From: Pseudomonadota bacterium
GTDB lineage: Bacteria; UBA10199; 2-02-FULL-44-16; DYJF01
Assembly (NCBI GenBank): GCA_043823065.1
Contig: JBDRBB010000008.1
Location: 639-64,638 of the forward strand
DNA length: 64,000 bases
Reading direction: 5' to 3'
In this document: in pieces, positions 45,292-56,174 of the stretch
Layout: the number at the start of each line of letters is the position of its first letter
Numbering within the stretch: the first letter of the stretch is position 1
Translations under genes and position numbers: made by a program
The notes under the pieces: generated by a model
What the model was told of the DNA's origin: nothing
Databases searched by the model: none
The model's input: only the letters and a program-made list of their open reading frames with translations

Positions 45292-46317
45292 ATGGGAGTC
45301 GCATACAAAGATTTAGGATTGGTAAATACTAAAGAGATGTTTAAGCAGGCTTTTGCCCAAAAATATGCTGTGCCAGCTTATAACTTTAACAATATGGAGC
45401 AGATTCAAGCTATTATCACAGCTTGTGTGGAAACCAGGTCTGCCGTAATTTTGCAGGTATCTAGCGGGGCCAGAAAATATGCTGATCAAACTCTTTTGCG
45501 CTATATGGCTCAAGGCGCGGTGCAAATGGCGCGGGAACTAGAAAAAAAACATGGTTGTGATCAAGAAATTCCCATAGCTTTACATTTAGATCACGGCGAC
45601 ACTTTTGAACTTTGTAAATCTTGTATTGATAGTGGTTTTTCTTCAGTCATGATTGATGGTTCGCATCATACTTATGAAAAAAATGTTGAGCTCACCAGAC
45701 AGGTTGTTGAATATGCGCACAAACATAATGTTACAGTGGAAGGTGAGCTGGGTGTGCTGGCTGGAATTGAAGATGAAGTAGTTGCCGACAAGTCAACCTA
45801 CACCAAGCCTGAAGAAGTTTTTGATTTTGTGGAAAAAACCGGTGTGGATTCATTGGCAATTTCCATTGGCACTTCTCATGGAGCCAATAAATTTAAACCA
45901 GAACAATGCACCAAAGATGAACAGGGTAAGTTAGTTCCACCTCCTTTAAGATTTGATATTTTAGAGGAAATAGAAAAAAAGATTCCAGGTTTTTCCATTG
46001 TTTTGCATGGTTCTTCTTCTGTGCCAGAAGATGCAGTAGCTACTATTAATAAATACGGCGGAGCTCTAAAAGAAACTATTGGTATTCCAGAAGATCAGCT
46101 CAGGCGGGCGGCAAAATCATCGGTATGTAAAATTAATATTGATTCAGATGGCAGGTTGGTGATGACTGCAGCTATACGTAAACATTTTAGCGAAAAGCCA
46201 GCTGATTTTGATCCTAGAAAATATTTAGGCCCAGCCAGGGTAGCGCTAATTGAGATGTATAAAGAGAAAAATATTAAGGTGCTAGGATCATCTGGTCGTT
46301 ATGGGAACATGGTTTAA
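45292..46317 (+). CDS. fba: Class II fructose-1,6-bisphosphate aldolase
   Basis: LHLDHG, SVMIDGS, VEGELG, SIGTSHG, VLHGSS, KINIDSD. Confidence 0.95.
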   Translation: MGVAYKDLGLVNTKEMFKQAFAQKYAVPAYNFNNMEQIQAIITACVETRSAVILQVSSGARKYADQTLLRYMAQGAVQMARELEKKHGCDQEIPIALHLDHGDTFELCKSCIDSGFSSVMIDGSHHTYEKNVELTRQVVEYAHKHNVTVEGELGVLAGIEDEVVADKSTYTKPEEVFDFVEKTGVDSLAISIGTSHGANKFKPEQCTKDEQGKLVPPPLRFDILEEIEKKIPGFSIVLHGSSSVPEDAVATINKYGGALKETIGIPEDQLRRAAKSSVCKINIDSDGRLVMTAAIRKHFSEKPADFDPRKYLGPARVALIEMYKEKNIKVLGSSGRYGNMV

Positions 46318-46331
46318 TTTGTTTCCCAGCA

Positions 46332-46403
46332 TGTCATCCTCCAGCTTGACTGGAGGATCAAACTTGAGAAATTTGGATTGCCCGATCAAGTCGGGCAATG
46401 ACA
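46332..46403. repeat. REP-like doublet between convergent fba and pfkA
   Basis: TGTCATCCTCCAGCTTGACTGGAGGATC ... GATTGCCCGATCAAGTCGGGCAATGACA. Confidence 0.8.
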
Positions 46404-46408
46404 ACTTT

Positions 46409-47486
46409 TTAAATTCCAAAAGAAGTTCCCAAAGATTTAGCAATTTTTACAAATTGGTGATCTGGGGTAACTTGCTTTAATTTAGAAACTGCGTCGCCTA
46501 AATAAGAAGAGGTTATTTCGCCATTTCTTAAAGCAACCATTTTGCCAAAGTCATTGTTTGCAGCCAGTTCAGCAGCTTTGGCGCCATAGCAAGTGGCAAG
46601 CACTCTATCATAAAAAGAAGGTGATCCTCCTCGTTGCAGGTGCCCTAAAACAGTTACCCTGGATTCTATACCCAGGGTTTCTTCAACTTTATCTGCAACT
46701 AGTTGTCCAATTCCACCTAAACGGATTGGATCAGGGCTGTCAGTAATTTTTTTTCTAATAACATAATCTTGTCCTTTGGGACGAGCGCCTTCTGAAGCAA
46801 TAACAATGCTGAATTTTTTGCCGCGTTTTCTGCGCATTTCAATTTCTTCCATTATTTTTTCAAATTCAAAAGGCATTTCTGGCAATAAAATAATATCACC
46901 TCCGCCAGCCATGCCGCCTTTTAGCGCTATCCAGCCAGCATAGCGACCCATCACTTCAATAACCATGCAGCGATGATGAGATTGGGCCGTGGAATGAATG
47001 CGGTCAATTGATTCAGTAACAAAGTTGCAAGCAGTGTCATAACCAAAGGTTTGATCTGTGGCTTGTAGATCATTGTCTATGGTTTTGGGAATGCCGATGA
47101 TTCTTGGAAAATATTCGCAAAGTTTATGGGCAACTGTTAAGGTGCCATCTCCACCAATGCAAAACAGGGCATCTATTTTCCAGTTTTCCAGATTTCTCAT
47201 TAAATCTTGGGTGTGGTCTCCCTGCTTGCCATGAAGTTTGTAATCAAAAGGGTTGGCTTTATTAGAGGTGCCAAGGATTGTGCCACCTAGCGGCAAAATG
47301 TTGGCAACATCCTCAAAGCTTAAAGGCATCACATGAGCTTCAACTGCGCCTTCAAAACCATCGCAAATGCCCAAAACTTCCCAACCATAATCAATAATAG
47401 CCATTCTGGTGATAGCTCTGATAACTGCGTTTAAGCCAGGGCAATCTCCCCCTCCGGTTAGAATGCCTATTTTTTTTTATTGTCAT
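46409..47486 (-). CDS. pfkA: 6-phosphofructokinase (group III type) with a +1 frameshift in an A9 run near the start
   Basis: GGTILGTS, GGDGT, PKTIDND, MGR, GHLQRGG; ILTGGGDCPGLNAVIRA lies upstream of the ORF-track start; ATG 47486 is out of frame by one base. Confidence 0.9.
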
Positions 47487-50269
47487 AAATCCCCCTTTAA
47501 CATGGCGACTGGAAATTGATTTAGTATTTGCCCAATTTGAATATGTTCATTTATATTAATTTTTTGGTCTGTAAAAATATCTTGCCAATTTCGGGGAGCG
47601 CCTGTTGGTAAAATTAACTGCGTGTCTTCCCAAATTTCATTCCCCAAAGGGGGAACATTTTCCTGAATTAGGCTGGTTAGAAACCTTGGCACTAAAATAA
47701 TTAGCCATTTTTGATCGAGTTTGCGGGCAAAGCCAATAATATGTTCTTTGTGTTTTCCGCTAATTTCTAAAGGCACATAAGTAGAATTTAGAAAAATATC
47801 TGCATGAGTATTTCTAGCTTGTAAAGCTTGAAATATAAGGAATAGCTTTAGGCGGCCATCTTCTTTGTTGGCAAGCAGGTCTTTAATGAGTTCTGTTTTT
47901 TGCAGAACCGATCTTGTTTTAATTTCATTTAAATAATTTTGACGCTTAGAGAAATCTATGGGGCGGCGATTGTCCGGGTCAACCAAGTTAAGATCCCACA
48001 ATTCTGTTCCTTGATAAAAATCAGGAACTCCTGGTGCAGCAATTTTTAACAAGGTTTGAGACAGAGAGTTGAAAATGCCGTAAAAAGCGATTTTTTTCTG
48101 AAATTGCTTGAAATCATTTAAGAATAAGTTGTCATCAGAATCCCAAAGCAATTTATCCACAAAAGAAAGATAAGTTGATTCATAATCTGAGTCTGGTTTT
48201 AACCAGGCTGTGTGGACCTTGGCTTCTCGAACTGCTTTGATAATATATTCTTTAAGGCGATTTCCAAACTCTGGAATCTCTGCTGGATCAAAGGGCCAGG
48301 CGCCTAAAAGAGTTTGATATAAAAAGTATTCATCGTTTTCATCTGGTTTGTTTTTTTTATTAACCAAAGCTTTTTTGTCACGATTGATTTTTCGCCATAA
48401 TTTTAGTTTTGCTTCCCACTGATCTGGAATTTCTGATAGCACATTGATCCTGGCTCGCACATCTTCGCCTCTTTTGGTGTCATGAGTAGAAGTGCAGTTT
48501 AGGCCAAACAGGCCACGCTTTTTATTATAAAGATGAAATTCCTTAATAGAGATGCCAAATTTGCCAGGATTACTGCCAACATCATTTAAGGAAATTAAGC
48601 GATTATAAATATAGAGGAAGGTATCTTCAAAACCCTTGGCCATTAAAGGGCCAGTGAATTGTTGAAAACGCTGAACAAAATGCAATAGCAATTTTTTTTC
48701 AGATTCATTAAGCAAATCGGCAAATTCCAGTAAAAGAAATTTTTCAATAAAGCTTAATTCATAAAACAAACCAGGCGCGCGTTGTTTGGCTTTGTTAATT
48801 GTGTCTTTTATATAATTTTGGTCAGATCTCGAAAAATTTTCTTCGTCTATATATGTTCTGTAAACAGGGAAAAAAGCCATAATTTCAACCAAGGCCCTTC
48901 TTAGACCATATAAAGTAATATCTCTTCCATAGCGATCAATTCCGGAAATGCGTTTCATTAAGTGGGCCAAGTTATCAATATCGCCAGCCATATGTTTGCC
49001 AATAATAAGACGCTTTTTATCACTGACAAAATCATCGTATTCTAAATGTTGATGAGTGTGTTTGGCATAAATGCGATTAAACTTTCGCTCATTTCTCCTC
49101 TGGCAAAACAGGCCGTTAACATAATTCAGAAAATCATAGCCAGTTGTCCCTTCTATAGGCCAAAAATCAGGCAACCTTTCTTTTAGTTCCAAGATTTTTT
49201 CAACTATTATATAAGCATTATTTGTTTTTTGTTTTAGTAGTTCCAGATATTTGGTTGGAGCATAAAGACCGTCAATATGATCAATGCGTAAGCCGCTTAT
49301 TTTATTTTCAGCAATAAGCTTGAAAATCAATTCATGGGTATAGGCAAAGACATTTTCATCTTCAGCTTTTAGCGAAATTAATTGATTGATGTTAAAAAAA
49401 CGTCGATAGTTAATTTCTTCAGTAGCAACTTTCCAAAATGACAACCTGAAACGCTGGGAAGTTAATAGTTCATCTAATAAGTTAAAACTTTGGGGATTGC
49501 CAGCTTGGCCGTTGTATGTGGACAGGGTTTGATCGATAAAATTTTTTATATCAATATTGTTATTATAAATTTGCCAAAGCATTTTTTTACTGGAACAGAT
49601 TTGCTCTGTTCTTTTTATAGAATCTGCTTCAGTAATTGCGCTGTTAAAAGTATAAACAGTTCCCACAAATTTGATTAACTCAGGATGATGTTTTCCAAGT
49701 GTTTGTTCTAGCTGGCTCAGGTTAAGAGTAAACACCTTTTGATAAGATTCAATATTCAAGGGAAAACTGTTATCATAATAACGAACAGCTAGCCCGTTTT
49801 CTCCATAATGCAGTTTGATTTCACCTTTATCTAAGGCCTCTCCATAGAAATTGCCTAAAAACGGAGCGAGTAAACGGCCACGACTTCCTGCATAAGTATG
49901 GGTCCACTCAATATCAAAAAAATTATAAAAGGGAGATTTTTCTCCATTTTCCAAGACATCTAAAAGTAGCAGATTATCACTGTTATAGGCCATGTGATTG
50001 GGGACAATGTCTTGTAACCAGAAAAGATGGTGATTTTTAAGCTTGGCTACTAATGATTCAAATTCTTCAATTCCGCCGAGCTCAGGGTTAATAAGGTTGG
50101 GATCAACAACATCATAACCATGGTTGCTGCCTTTGACTGCTTTAAAAATTGGTGAGGCATAAAGATCTGAAATGCCCAAGTCAGCCAAATATTGCAAAAT
50201 TTTCTTGGCATCTGAAAAACCAAAATTGGCATTAAACTGAATTCTATATGTTGCTAATGGTAGATGCAT
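47483..50269 (-). CDS. treY: Malto-oligosyltrehalose synthase
   Basis: ATYRIQF, HGYDVVD, DIVPNHM, GLRIDHIDGL, STHDTKRGEDVRAR, LVDPDNRRP. Confidence 0.96.
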   Translation of the reverse strand: MHLPLATYRIQFNANFGFSDAKKILQYLADLGISDLYASPIFKAVKGSNHGYDVVDPNLINPELGGIEEFESLVAKLKNHHLFWLQDIVPNHMAYNSDNLLLLDVLENGEKSPFYNFFDIEWTHTYAGSRGRLLAPFLGNFYGEALDKGEIKLHYGENGLAVRYYDNSFPLNIESYQKVFTLNLSQLEQTLGKHHPELIKFVGTVYTFNSAITEADSIKRTEQICSSKKMLWQIYNNNIDIKNFIDQTLSTYNGQAGNPQSFNLLDELLTSQRFRLSFWKVATEEINYRRFFNINQLISLKAEDENVFAYTHELIFKLIAENKISGLRIDHIDGLYAPTKYLELLKQKTNNAYIIVEKILELKERLPDFWPIEGTTGYDFLNYVNGLFCQRRNERKFNRIYAKHTHQHLEYDDFVSDKKRLIIGKHMAGDIDNLAHLMKRISGIDRYGRDITLYGLRRALVEIMAFFPVYRTYIDEENFSRSDQNYIKDTINKAKQRAPGLFYELSFIEKFLLLEFADLLNESEKKLLLHFVQRFQQFTGPLMAKGFEDTFLYIYNRLISLNDVGSNPGKFGISIKEFHLYNKKRGLFGLNCTSTHDTKRGEDVRARINVLSEIPDQWEAKLKLWRKINRDKKALVNKKNKPDENDEYFLYQTLLGAWPFDPAEIPEFGNRLKEYIIKAVREAKVHTAWLKPDSDYESTYLSFVDKLLWDSDDNLFLNDFKQFQKKIAFYGIFNSLSQTLLKIAAPGVPDFYQGTELWDLNLVDPDNRRPIDFSKRQNYLNEIKTRSVLQKTELIKDLLANKEDGRLKLFLIFQALQARNTHADIFLNSTYVPLEISGKHKEHIIGFARKLDQKWLIILVPRFLTSLIQENVPPLGNEIWEDTQLILPTGAPRNWQDIFTDQKININEHIQIGQILNQFPVAMLKGDL

Positions 50270-52692
50270 TAGGGACTCAAAACCGTTAAAAAATTTCCTA
50301 GATGGTCAAATTCCTCTAGCCAGGATTTTGCTTGATCATCGCCTTGCCTGGCTCTGTCTTCTTGTTCCTGGTAATGTTTGGATGCAATCTTAAAATATAT
50401 ATTTTGGGAATTCCAGAGATCTACTCTCAGCTGCATCTTTTTTAAGAGATTAAACCAGGCGTTAATTTGCTTAAGTAACTTTAAATCAAAAACTTTGGTC
50501 GTATATTCGTTTAATAAACTATCTAATTTGTTTTGAGCCATAAAACCCAAAGTGGTTTGATCCAGATTGGTTTCCCATTTTTTAAATTCTTGGGCAACTT
50601 TTTGCAGTTTTTCTAGGTTCAATTCAGGTTGTTGTAAAAGCATAGCCAAATCATTGTTAATGGTAAATTCCACCACAGTTTTTAGAGCTCTAGGAAGCGG
50701 AATGTGCATTTCATGCATCACTTGCATGATAGGATAGTTGTTTTCAAAAATTTGACGGAAAGAAGCGCCAATTTCATTTAAGGTGCTGGTCACGATTTGG
50801 TCTAAGACCTTTCTTTGTTCATCTTTAAATAAATGCCACAAAGAATAACTATGACTGCCAAAATATTGATCAACCAAAAAGATAACTTGAGTGCTATCAC
50901 TTTTTTGAAAAGAATCTTTAATCTGCGCCTGAATATCAGCTAAATTATTCACATCAGAGTATCTATGTGCTCCACCAATGAGATTGTGATCGCCTAAATG
51001 TAAAATGCCAAAACTTATTACATCTTCTTCAAGAGTAATTTTAGAGTGCAACTTAACCTTGCCTACTGCCAAGGTTTGTCTTCCCAAATCAATGCGGTCA
51101 TACATTTTTTTTGATGCTAAATAACAATAAATATTAATGGTTTCTGGATAGTCTTCAAACAAAGAAGATACAGCATAATGGGCGCCAACTCGCAGCAGGT
51201 CAATCATGGTTGGCTTAACCAGTTTTTCAAATATTATAGCGCCATTTTTGTATTTAGACAGGTTGCTTGGCGCTTTTTCCAAAAGTCTTAGGTAGGCTGG
51301 CTCCAAGTCTATGCCACTTGTTTCTTTGGCAAGCTGAAAAGAACGGGCAGCATATTGTATGATTTGGATAGTTTCAATGCCAGATATCTCGTCAAAAAAC
51401 CAACCGCAACTGGTGTACATGAGCATGCCATGGCGTTGCATCTCCAATAATTTTAGAGCTTTGACTTTTTGGTTCGGATTTAGTTCGATTTTTGCTTGTT
51501 CCTGAAAAAATTTATCTATATTTTCCAAAGAACGATCTAGGATTACATTAATGTAACTGTTGCGTGCCTGCCAAGGATCGTAAAATAAATCAAGAGCCTG
51601 CTCTTCATAAATTTTATCCAAACTATCTTTTAGCCAATCCATGGCTTCTTTTAATGGCGCACGCCAATTTTGGTTCCAATTGGGATTGGCACCACTGCAG
51701 CAACCACAATTATCGCTCCACCTTTTAACTCCATGGGCACAGCTCCAAGAGGTTTTTTCAAAAATTTCCACTTCTTGAGTTGGAGGATGTTTTTCTAAAA
51801 ATTCACCGTAAACAGTAATTCGCGCCAACTTTTTTGCTTCTAAATAATGCAGACAATAAGCCAGGGCCATATCGCCAAACCGGTGATGATGTCCATATGA
51901 TTCGCCATCAGTGGCAATATGTTCTAATTGTGCGCGATTTTGATCAGCAAAAGCGTGAGCTAGTTTTTTGGCAAAATCCTCACCGCTATTTAATAGGTTA
52001 TTGAAGGCAACAGCATGGGAATTAGAGCCATCATAAAAAAAGATATTAATGGTTTTTCCTGAAGGTAGGCGGCAGAGATAAGCTTGCTTGGTATCAAGTG
52101 TAGCTGGAGTTATGTTTGTCCATTTTTGTTCGTTTAATTCTTTAACCCGCTGCGCTTGATTTGGCGCTAGAATGGTAAATTTTATTCCATATTCAGCAAG
52201 CACATCTAATGTTTCCAGATCAACTGCTGTTTCAGGTAACCACATGCCTTCAGCTGGTCTTTTGAAACGATATTCAAAATCTTTGAGACCCCAGATGACT
52301 TGAGTATGTTTATCTCGCAAACTAGCCAAGGGCATGATCATATGATTATAGGCTTGGGCTAAAGCCGAGCCATGACCAGAAAACTTTTGCTGGCTGAGTT
52401 GATCTGCTTCTAGGATGGCTTGGTAAGTTTGGGTGTTATTCTTTTTTAGCCAGGATAAAAGAGTTGGCCCAAAATTAAAACTAATTTTGGCATAGTTATT
52501 AACTATATCGATTATTTGTTTTTGACTATCTAAAATGCGCGAAGAAGTATTGGGTGCATAACATTCAGCAGTAATTTTTGTGTTCCAATCATGATAGGGA
52601 TAAGCTGAATCTTGCAATTCCACAGCTTCTAACCAAGGGTTTTCGCGGGGTGGCTGATAAAAATGTCCATGAATACAAATATAGCGGTCCAT
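50269..52692 (-). CDS. GH57-family glycoside hydrolase with DUF3536
   Basis: CIHGHFYQPPRENPW, GMWLPET, ATDGESYGHH, SWSCAHG, MYTSCGWFFD. Confidence 0.92.
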   Translation of the reverse strand: MDRYICIHGHFYQPPRENPWLEAVELQDSAYPYHDWNTKITAECYAPNTSSRILDSQKQIIDIVNNYAKISFNFGPTLLSWLKKNNTQTYQAILEADQLSQQKFSGHGSALAQAYNHMIMPLASLRDKHTQVIWGLKDFEYRFKRPAEGMWLPETAVDLETLDVLAEYGIKFTILAPNQAQRVKELNEQKWTNITPATLDTKQAYLCRLPSGKTINIFFYDGSNSHAVAFNNLLNSGEDFAKKLAHAFADQNRAQLEHIATDGESYGHHHRFGDMALAYCLHYLEAKKLARITVYGEFLEKHPPTQEVEIFEKTSWSCAHGVKRWSDNCGCCSGANPNWNQNWRAPLKEAMDWLKDSLDKIYEEQALDLFYDPWQARNSYINVILDRSLENIDKFFQEQAKIELNPNQKVKALKLLEMQRHGMLMYTSCGWFFDEISGIETIQIIQYAARSFQLAKETSGIDLEPAYLRLLEKAPSNLSKYKNGAIIFEKLVKPTMIDLLRVGAHYAVSSLFEDYPETINIYCYLASKKMYDRIDLGRQTLAVGKVKLHSKITLEEDVISFGILHLGDHNLIGGAHRYSDVNNLADIQAQIKDSFQKSDSTQVIFLVDQYFGSHSYSLWHLFKDEQRKVLDQIVTSTLNEIGASFRQIFENNYPIMQVMHEMHIPLPRALKTVVEFTINNDLAMLLQQPELNLEKLQKVAQEFKKWETNLDQTTLGFMAQNKLDSLLNEYTTKVFDLKLLKQINAWFNLLKKMQLRVDLWNSQNIYFKIASKHYQEQEDRARQGDDQAKSWLEEFDHLGNFLTVLSP

Positions 52693-52695
52693 GTG

Positions 52696-54522
52696 TTAGC
52701 TCTCCAATTTATACACCACAAAACTCAAACCTGAAATGTTAATGAATGAAGATTTGTTTAATTTGGTTGGGCATTGACTTCCTGGTCCTTCCCAGATGAT
52801 GTCAGCGGAATCTAGGATTTTTTGCCAATGACCATTTTCTAGCTTGAGTTCAATGTTTTGATTTTGTTCACTAAAATTCATGACACAGATAACTTGTTCA
52901 GTTTGATATTGTTTATGTAAAAACACAACATTTTGTTCTTCTACAAAAGAAGAACTGTGGTGACTATCAGTAATTTGAGAAAAAGGTAAAATAGAGCGGC
53001 GCAAAATAATTAGGTGTTGATAAAATTTTAACATGGTTTGATGATGCTTGCTGTTTCTTTTTTCCCAATTGATTTTGCTCTGTTCAAAAGTTTGCGTGCT
53101 TTGCGGATCTTTGAGCTCATCTTTCCAGTTAAAGGAAGCAAATTCTTTTTGTCGACCTTGTCTAACTGCTTCTACCAAATTTTTATCTAAATGGCTGATA
53201 AAATAATTAAATGGTGTATTTTCAGCATATTCTTCGCCCATAAAAATTAAAGGGATGTAAGGAGAAAGCAAGACTGCAGCTGCCGCAAGTTTGCAACCTT
53301 CAAAACTAATTTCTGTGCTTAAACGATTGCCAAGCAAGCGGTTGCCAACTTGATCATGGTTTTGGCTAAAAACCACAAATTGGTTAGCAGCTAGATCAGC
53401 AGAAGCATTGCCATGCCGCCTTTTTCGATATTTGGAATAATCCCAGGTATAAACAAAACCTTGATTAAGAGCTTTGCTTAACTGATGGGTTTTGCCAAAA
53501 TCAACATAATATCCGGTTTTTTCTTTGGTGAGTAAAGTATGCAAGCAGTGATGATAATCATCATTCCATTGAGCAGATAAACCATAACCTCCTTGGCTGG
53601 CAGGTCTAATTACACGAGCATCATTTAGATCGCTTTCTACAATTAAATAATAAGGACGGTTGTTTTCTTGGGAAAACTCAGCTGTTTTTTCAGCAAGCTC
53701 TTGCAAAAAAGGTTTGGCGCTAAAATCATAGATACCGTGGATGGCATCAATGCGCAGAGCATCTAGATGAAAATGTTCAAACCAATAAAGAGCATTTTGA
53801 ATGAAAAAATGGCGAACCTGATCACTTTCTTGATCATCAAAATTAATGGCACAGCCCCAGGGAGTTTTATATTTATCAGTAAAATAAGGACCAAATTGGC
53901 CTAGATAATTACCTTCTGGACCTAGGTGATTATATACGACATCTAGAATCACAGCTATTTTATGTTGATGAGCAGCATTAATAAATTTTTTAAATTCTTC
54001 TGGTCCACCATAAGAATTTTGAACTGCAAAAGGGTGAACTCCATCATAACCCCAATTGCGATCTCCTGGAAATTGGGCAACAGGCATAATCTCTATGGCA
54101 TTAATTCCTAGATCCTTAAGATCTGCCAGGCGCTCTATTGCTGCGGCAAATGTTCCTGTTTTATTAAAAGTGCCAATATGTAGCTCATAGATTATATAAT
54201 CTTTAAGAGCAGGATTTTGCCAGTCCCGGTCTTGCCACTTAAAAGCGTTGTGATCAAAAACTGCAGATGGGTTATGCACTCCTTCTGGTTGAAAGAAAGA
54301 GGCAGGGTCAGGAAATCTTTGGCCATCAAGCTGAAAATAATAATAATTTCCTGGGGTTATATTAGAAATAGTTTGGGACCAATAGCCATTTTCCTCTGGA
54401 TTTAATTTAATGATCTTGGCTTCAGGGGTTTGGACTTCCAAATTAACTTGTTTGGCAAAAGGAGCCCAAACTCGAAACAAACCAGAGGAATTACCTAGAT
54501 AATGTGCGCCAATTTTATGCAT
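52696..54522 (-). CDS. treZ: Malto-oligosyltrehalose trehalohydrolase
   Basis: FRVWAP, YELHIGTF, RNWGYDGV, DVVYNHLGPEGNY, QNHDQVGNR; likely ATG 54522. Confidence 0.95.
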   Translation of the reverse strand: MHKIGAHYLGNSSGLFRVWAPFAKQVNLEVQTPEAKIIKLNPEENGYWSQTISNITPGNYYYFQLDGQRFPDPASFFQPEGVHNPSAVFDHNAFKWQDRDWQNPALKDYIIYELHIGTFNKTGTFAAAIERLADLKDLGINAIEIMPVAQFPGDRNWGYDGVHPFAVQNSYGGPEEFKKFINAAHQHKIAVILDVVYNHLGPEGNYLGQFGPYFTDKYKTPWGCAINFDDQESDQVRHFFIQNALYWFEHFHLDALRIDAIHGIYDFSAKPFLQELAEKTAEFSQENNRPYYLIVESDLNDARVIRPASQGGYGLSAQWNDDYHHCLHTLLTKEKTGYYVDFGKTHQLSKALNQGFVYTWDYSKYRKRRHGNASADLAANQFVVFSQNHDQVGNRLLGNRLSTEISFEGCKLAAAAVLLSPYIPLIFMGEEYAENTPFNYFISHLDKNLVEAVRQGRQKEFASFNWKDELKDPQSTQTFEQSKINWEKRNSKHHQTMLKFYQHLIILRRSILPFSQITDSHHSSSFVEEQNVVFLHKQYQTEQVICVMNFSEQNQNIELKLENGHWQKILDSADIIWEGPGSQCPTKLNKSSFINISGLSFVVYKLES

Positions 54523-54566
54523 AACCAGCAAACTAGCTTGATTTGAAAAATAAATCAATGAAATGA

Positions 54567-54604
54567 AAAAATAGCCTGGATCTGATTAATCCAGGCTATT
54601 TTTT
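54567..54604. terminator. Bidirectional intrinsic terminator
   Basis: AAAAAATAGCCTGGAT-ctgatta-ATCCAGGCTATTTTTT. Confidence 0.8.
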
Positions 54605-54629
54605 GTTCATTGCTGATAACTAAGTGAAA

Positions 54630-54851
54630 CTATTCTGAAGTTCCTTCTTCTGGGCTTGTGCCTTCAACTTCTTCCACAGCTTCAGTTTCAGCAGGGGTTT
54701 TTACTACCATTTCTTCAGTAGTAACTGTGCCGGCGTCTGTTGCTTCTGTTTCTTCAGTGTCCATTACTTCCATTTTGCTTTTGGTGCAGGCAGCAAACAT
54801 GAAAGTGCCAGCGATCAGGACGCTAAATAAAAATAGACCAAACTTTTTCAT
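54630..54851 (-). CDS. Small acidic lipoprotein
   Basis: AGGAGG SD, MKK plus hydrophobic signal, lipobox FAAC, E/T-rich tail. Confidence 0.8.
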   Translation of the reverse strand: MKKFGLFLFSVLIAGTFMFAACTKSKMEVMDTEETEATDAGTVTTEEMVVKTPAETEAVEEVEGTSPEEGTSE

Positions 54852-54878
54852 AATGATCCTCCTTTTTTGCTGTTTCTA

Positions 54879-56174
54879 CTAGTTATCAATAATTTTAGCA
54901 AGCCCTTGTTGAAAAATTTTTATGGCACATAAATCGCCACACATAGAACAGGTTTGTTTGGCTATGTTTTTGTTTAATCCCTCCTGTAATAGGGGTTTGG
55001 GATCAAGGGCCAGATAAGTCATGTTTGGCCAATCCAGTTTTGCTCTAGCCAAGGCCATTTGTTTATTGTGATTTACTGCATATTGTTTGCCTTGAGCCAG
55101 GTCTGCGCTAAAAGCGGCAATTTTAGTGGCTATTATACCTTGTCGAACATCATCCAGATTAGGCAGACGGATGTGCTCAGCAGGTGTTACATAACACAAA
55201 AAATCAGCTCCAGAAAGGGCTGCCAGGCTTCCGCCAATAGCTGCGGTGATGTGATCATAGCCTGGAGCCACATCGCAAACTACAGGTCCCAAGACATAAA
55301 ACGGAGCTTGATTACAGATGGAATTTTGCAACTTCATGTTCAAGGGAATATCAGCCAGGTTGACGTGACCAGGACCCTCAATCATGACTTGTACGCCTTT
55401 TTGGCGGGCTTGATTAGCCAGTTCTCCTAAGATTATTAGTTCTTCAATTTGAGCAGCATCAGTTGCATCATGGATGCAGCCAGGTCTTAGGGCATCTCCC
55501 AGAGATAAAGTGACATCATATTCCAAAGCAATGTCTAGAATTTCAGCAAAATAGCTATATAGAGGGTTTTCTTGTTTGGTAAGTTGCATCCAACTGGCTA
55601 GCAGGGAGCCACCCCTGCTGACAATGCCTAAAATCCTGGGCGATTGGTTAAGGCGATGAAGGCTGATTTTGTTGATTCCAGCATGAATGGTCATGAAATC
55701 TACACCTGCTTTGGCTTGATGTTTGATGGTTTCTAAAAAATGAGCTGGTTTAATACTAGTCAAATCATCTTTTCTTTGTCTGGCTAAATCAAAGGTTTCA
55801 TAAACTGGAACAGTGCCAACTGGAAGTTGAGATTGCTCAATTATTCTAGCTCTGATTTCTGCCAGATTGCTGCCAATGCTTAGATCCATGACTGCGTCAG
55901 CTTTAAGCTCATGAGCAAGTTTTAACTTTTCCATTTCTAATTCGAAATTATTTAAGTCAGGCGAAGTTCCTAAGTTAACATTAACTTTTACTCGAGTTTG
56001 TTTGCCAATTGCTCTAATTGTTTGTGGTGCGTGTTTAGGATTATAAGGAAGCACTACTTTGCCTTGAGCAACAAGCTCGCACAATGTTTGTGGATCAAGA
56101 TCTTCAAACTTGGCTGCTTGCTCCATTTGCGGAGTAATAATATTTTTTTGAGCTGCTTCTAGCTGTGTAGCCAT
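54879..56174 (-). CDS. thiC: Phosphomethylpyrimidine synthase ThiC
   Basis: KVNVNLG, AVMDLS, SRGGS, LGDALRPG, EGPGH, GYDHIT, CSMCGDLC. Confidence 0.95.
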   Translation of the reverse strand: MATQLEAAQKNIITPQMEQAAKFEDLDPQTLCELVAQGKVVLPYNPKHAPQTIRAIGKQTRVKVNVNLGTSPDLNNFELEMEKLKLAHELKADAVMDLSIGSNLAEIRARIIEQSQLPVGTVPVYETFDLARQRKDDLTSIKPAHFLETIKHQAKAGVDFMTIHAGINKISLHRLNQSPRILGIVSRGGSLLASWMQLTKQENPLYSYFAEILDIALEYDVTLSLGDALRPGCIHDATDAAQIEELIILGELANQARQKGVQVMIEGPGHVNLADIPLNMKLQNSICNQAPFYVLGPVVCDVAPGYDHITAAIGGSLAALSGADFLCYVTPAEHIRLPNLDDVRQGIIATKIAAFSADLAQGKQYAVNHNKQMALARAKLDWPNMTYLALDPKPLLQEGLNKNIAKQTCSMCGDLCAIKIFQQGLAKIIDN

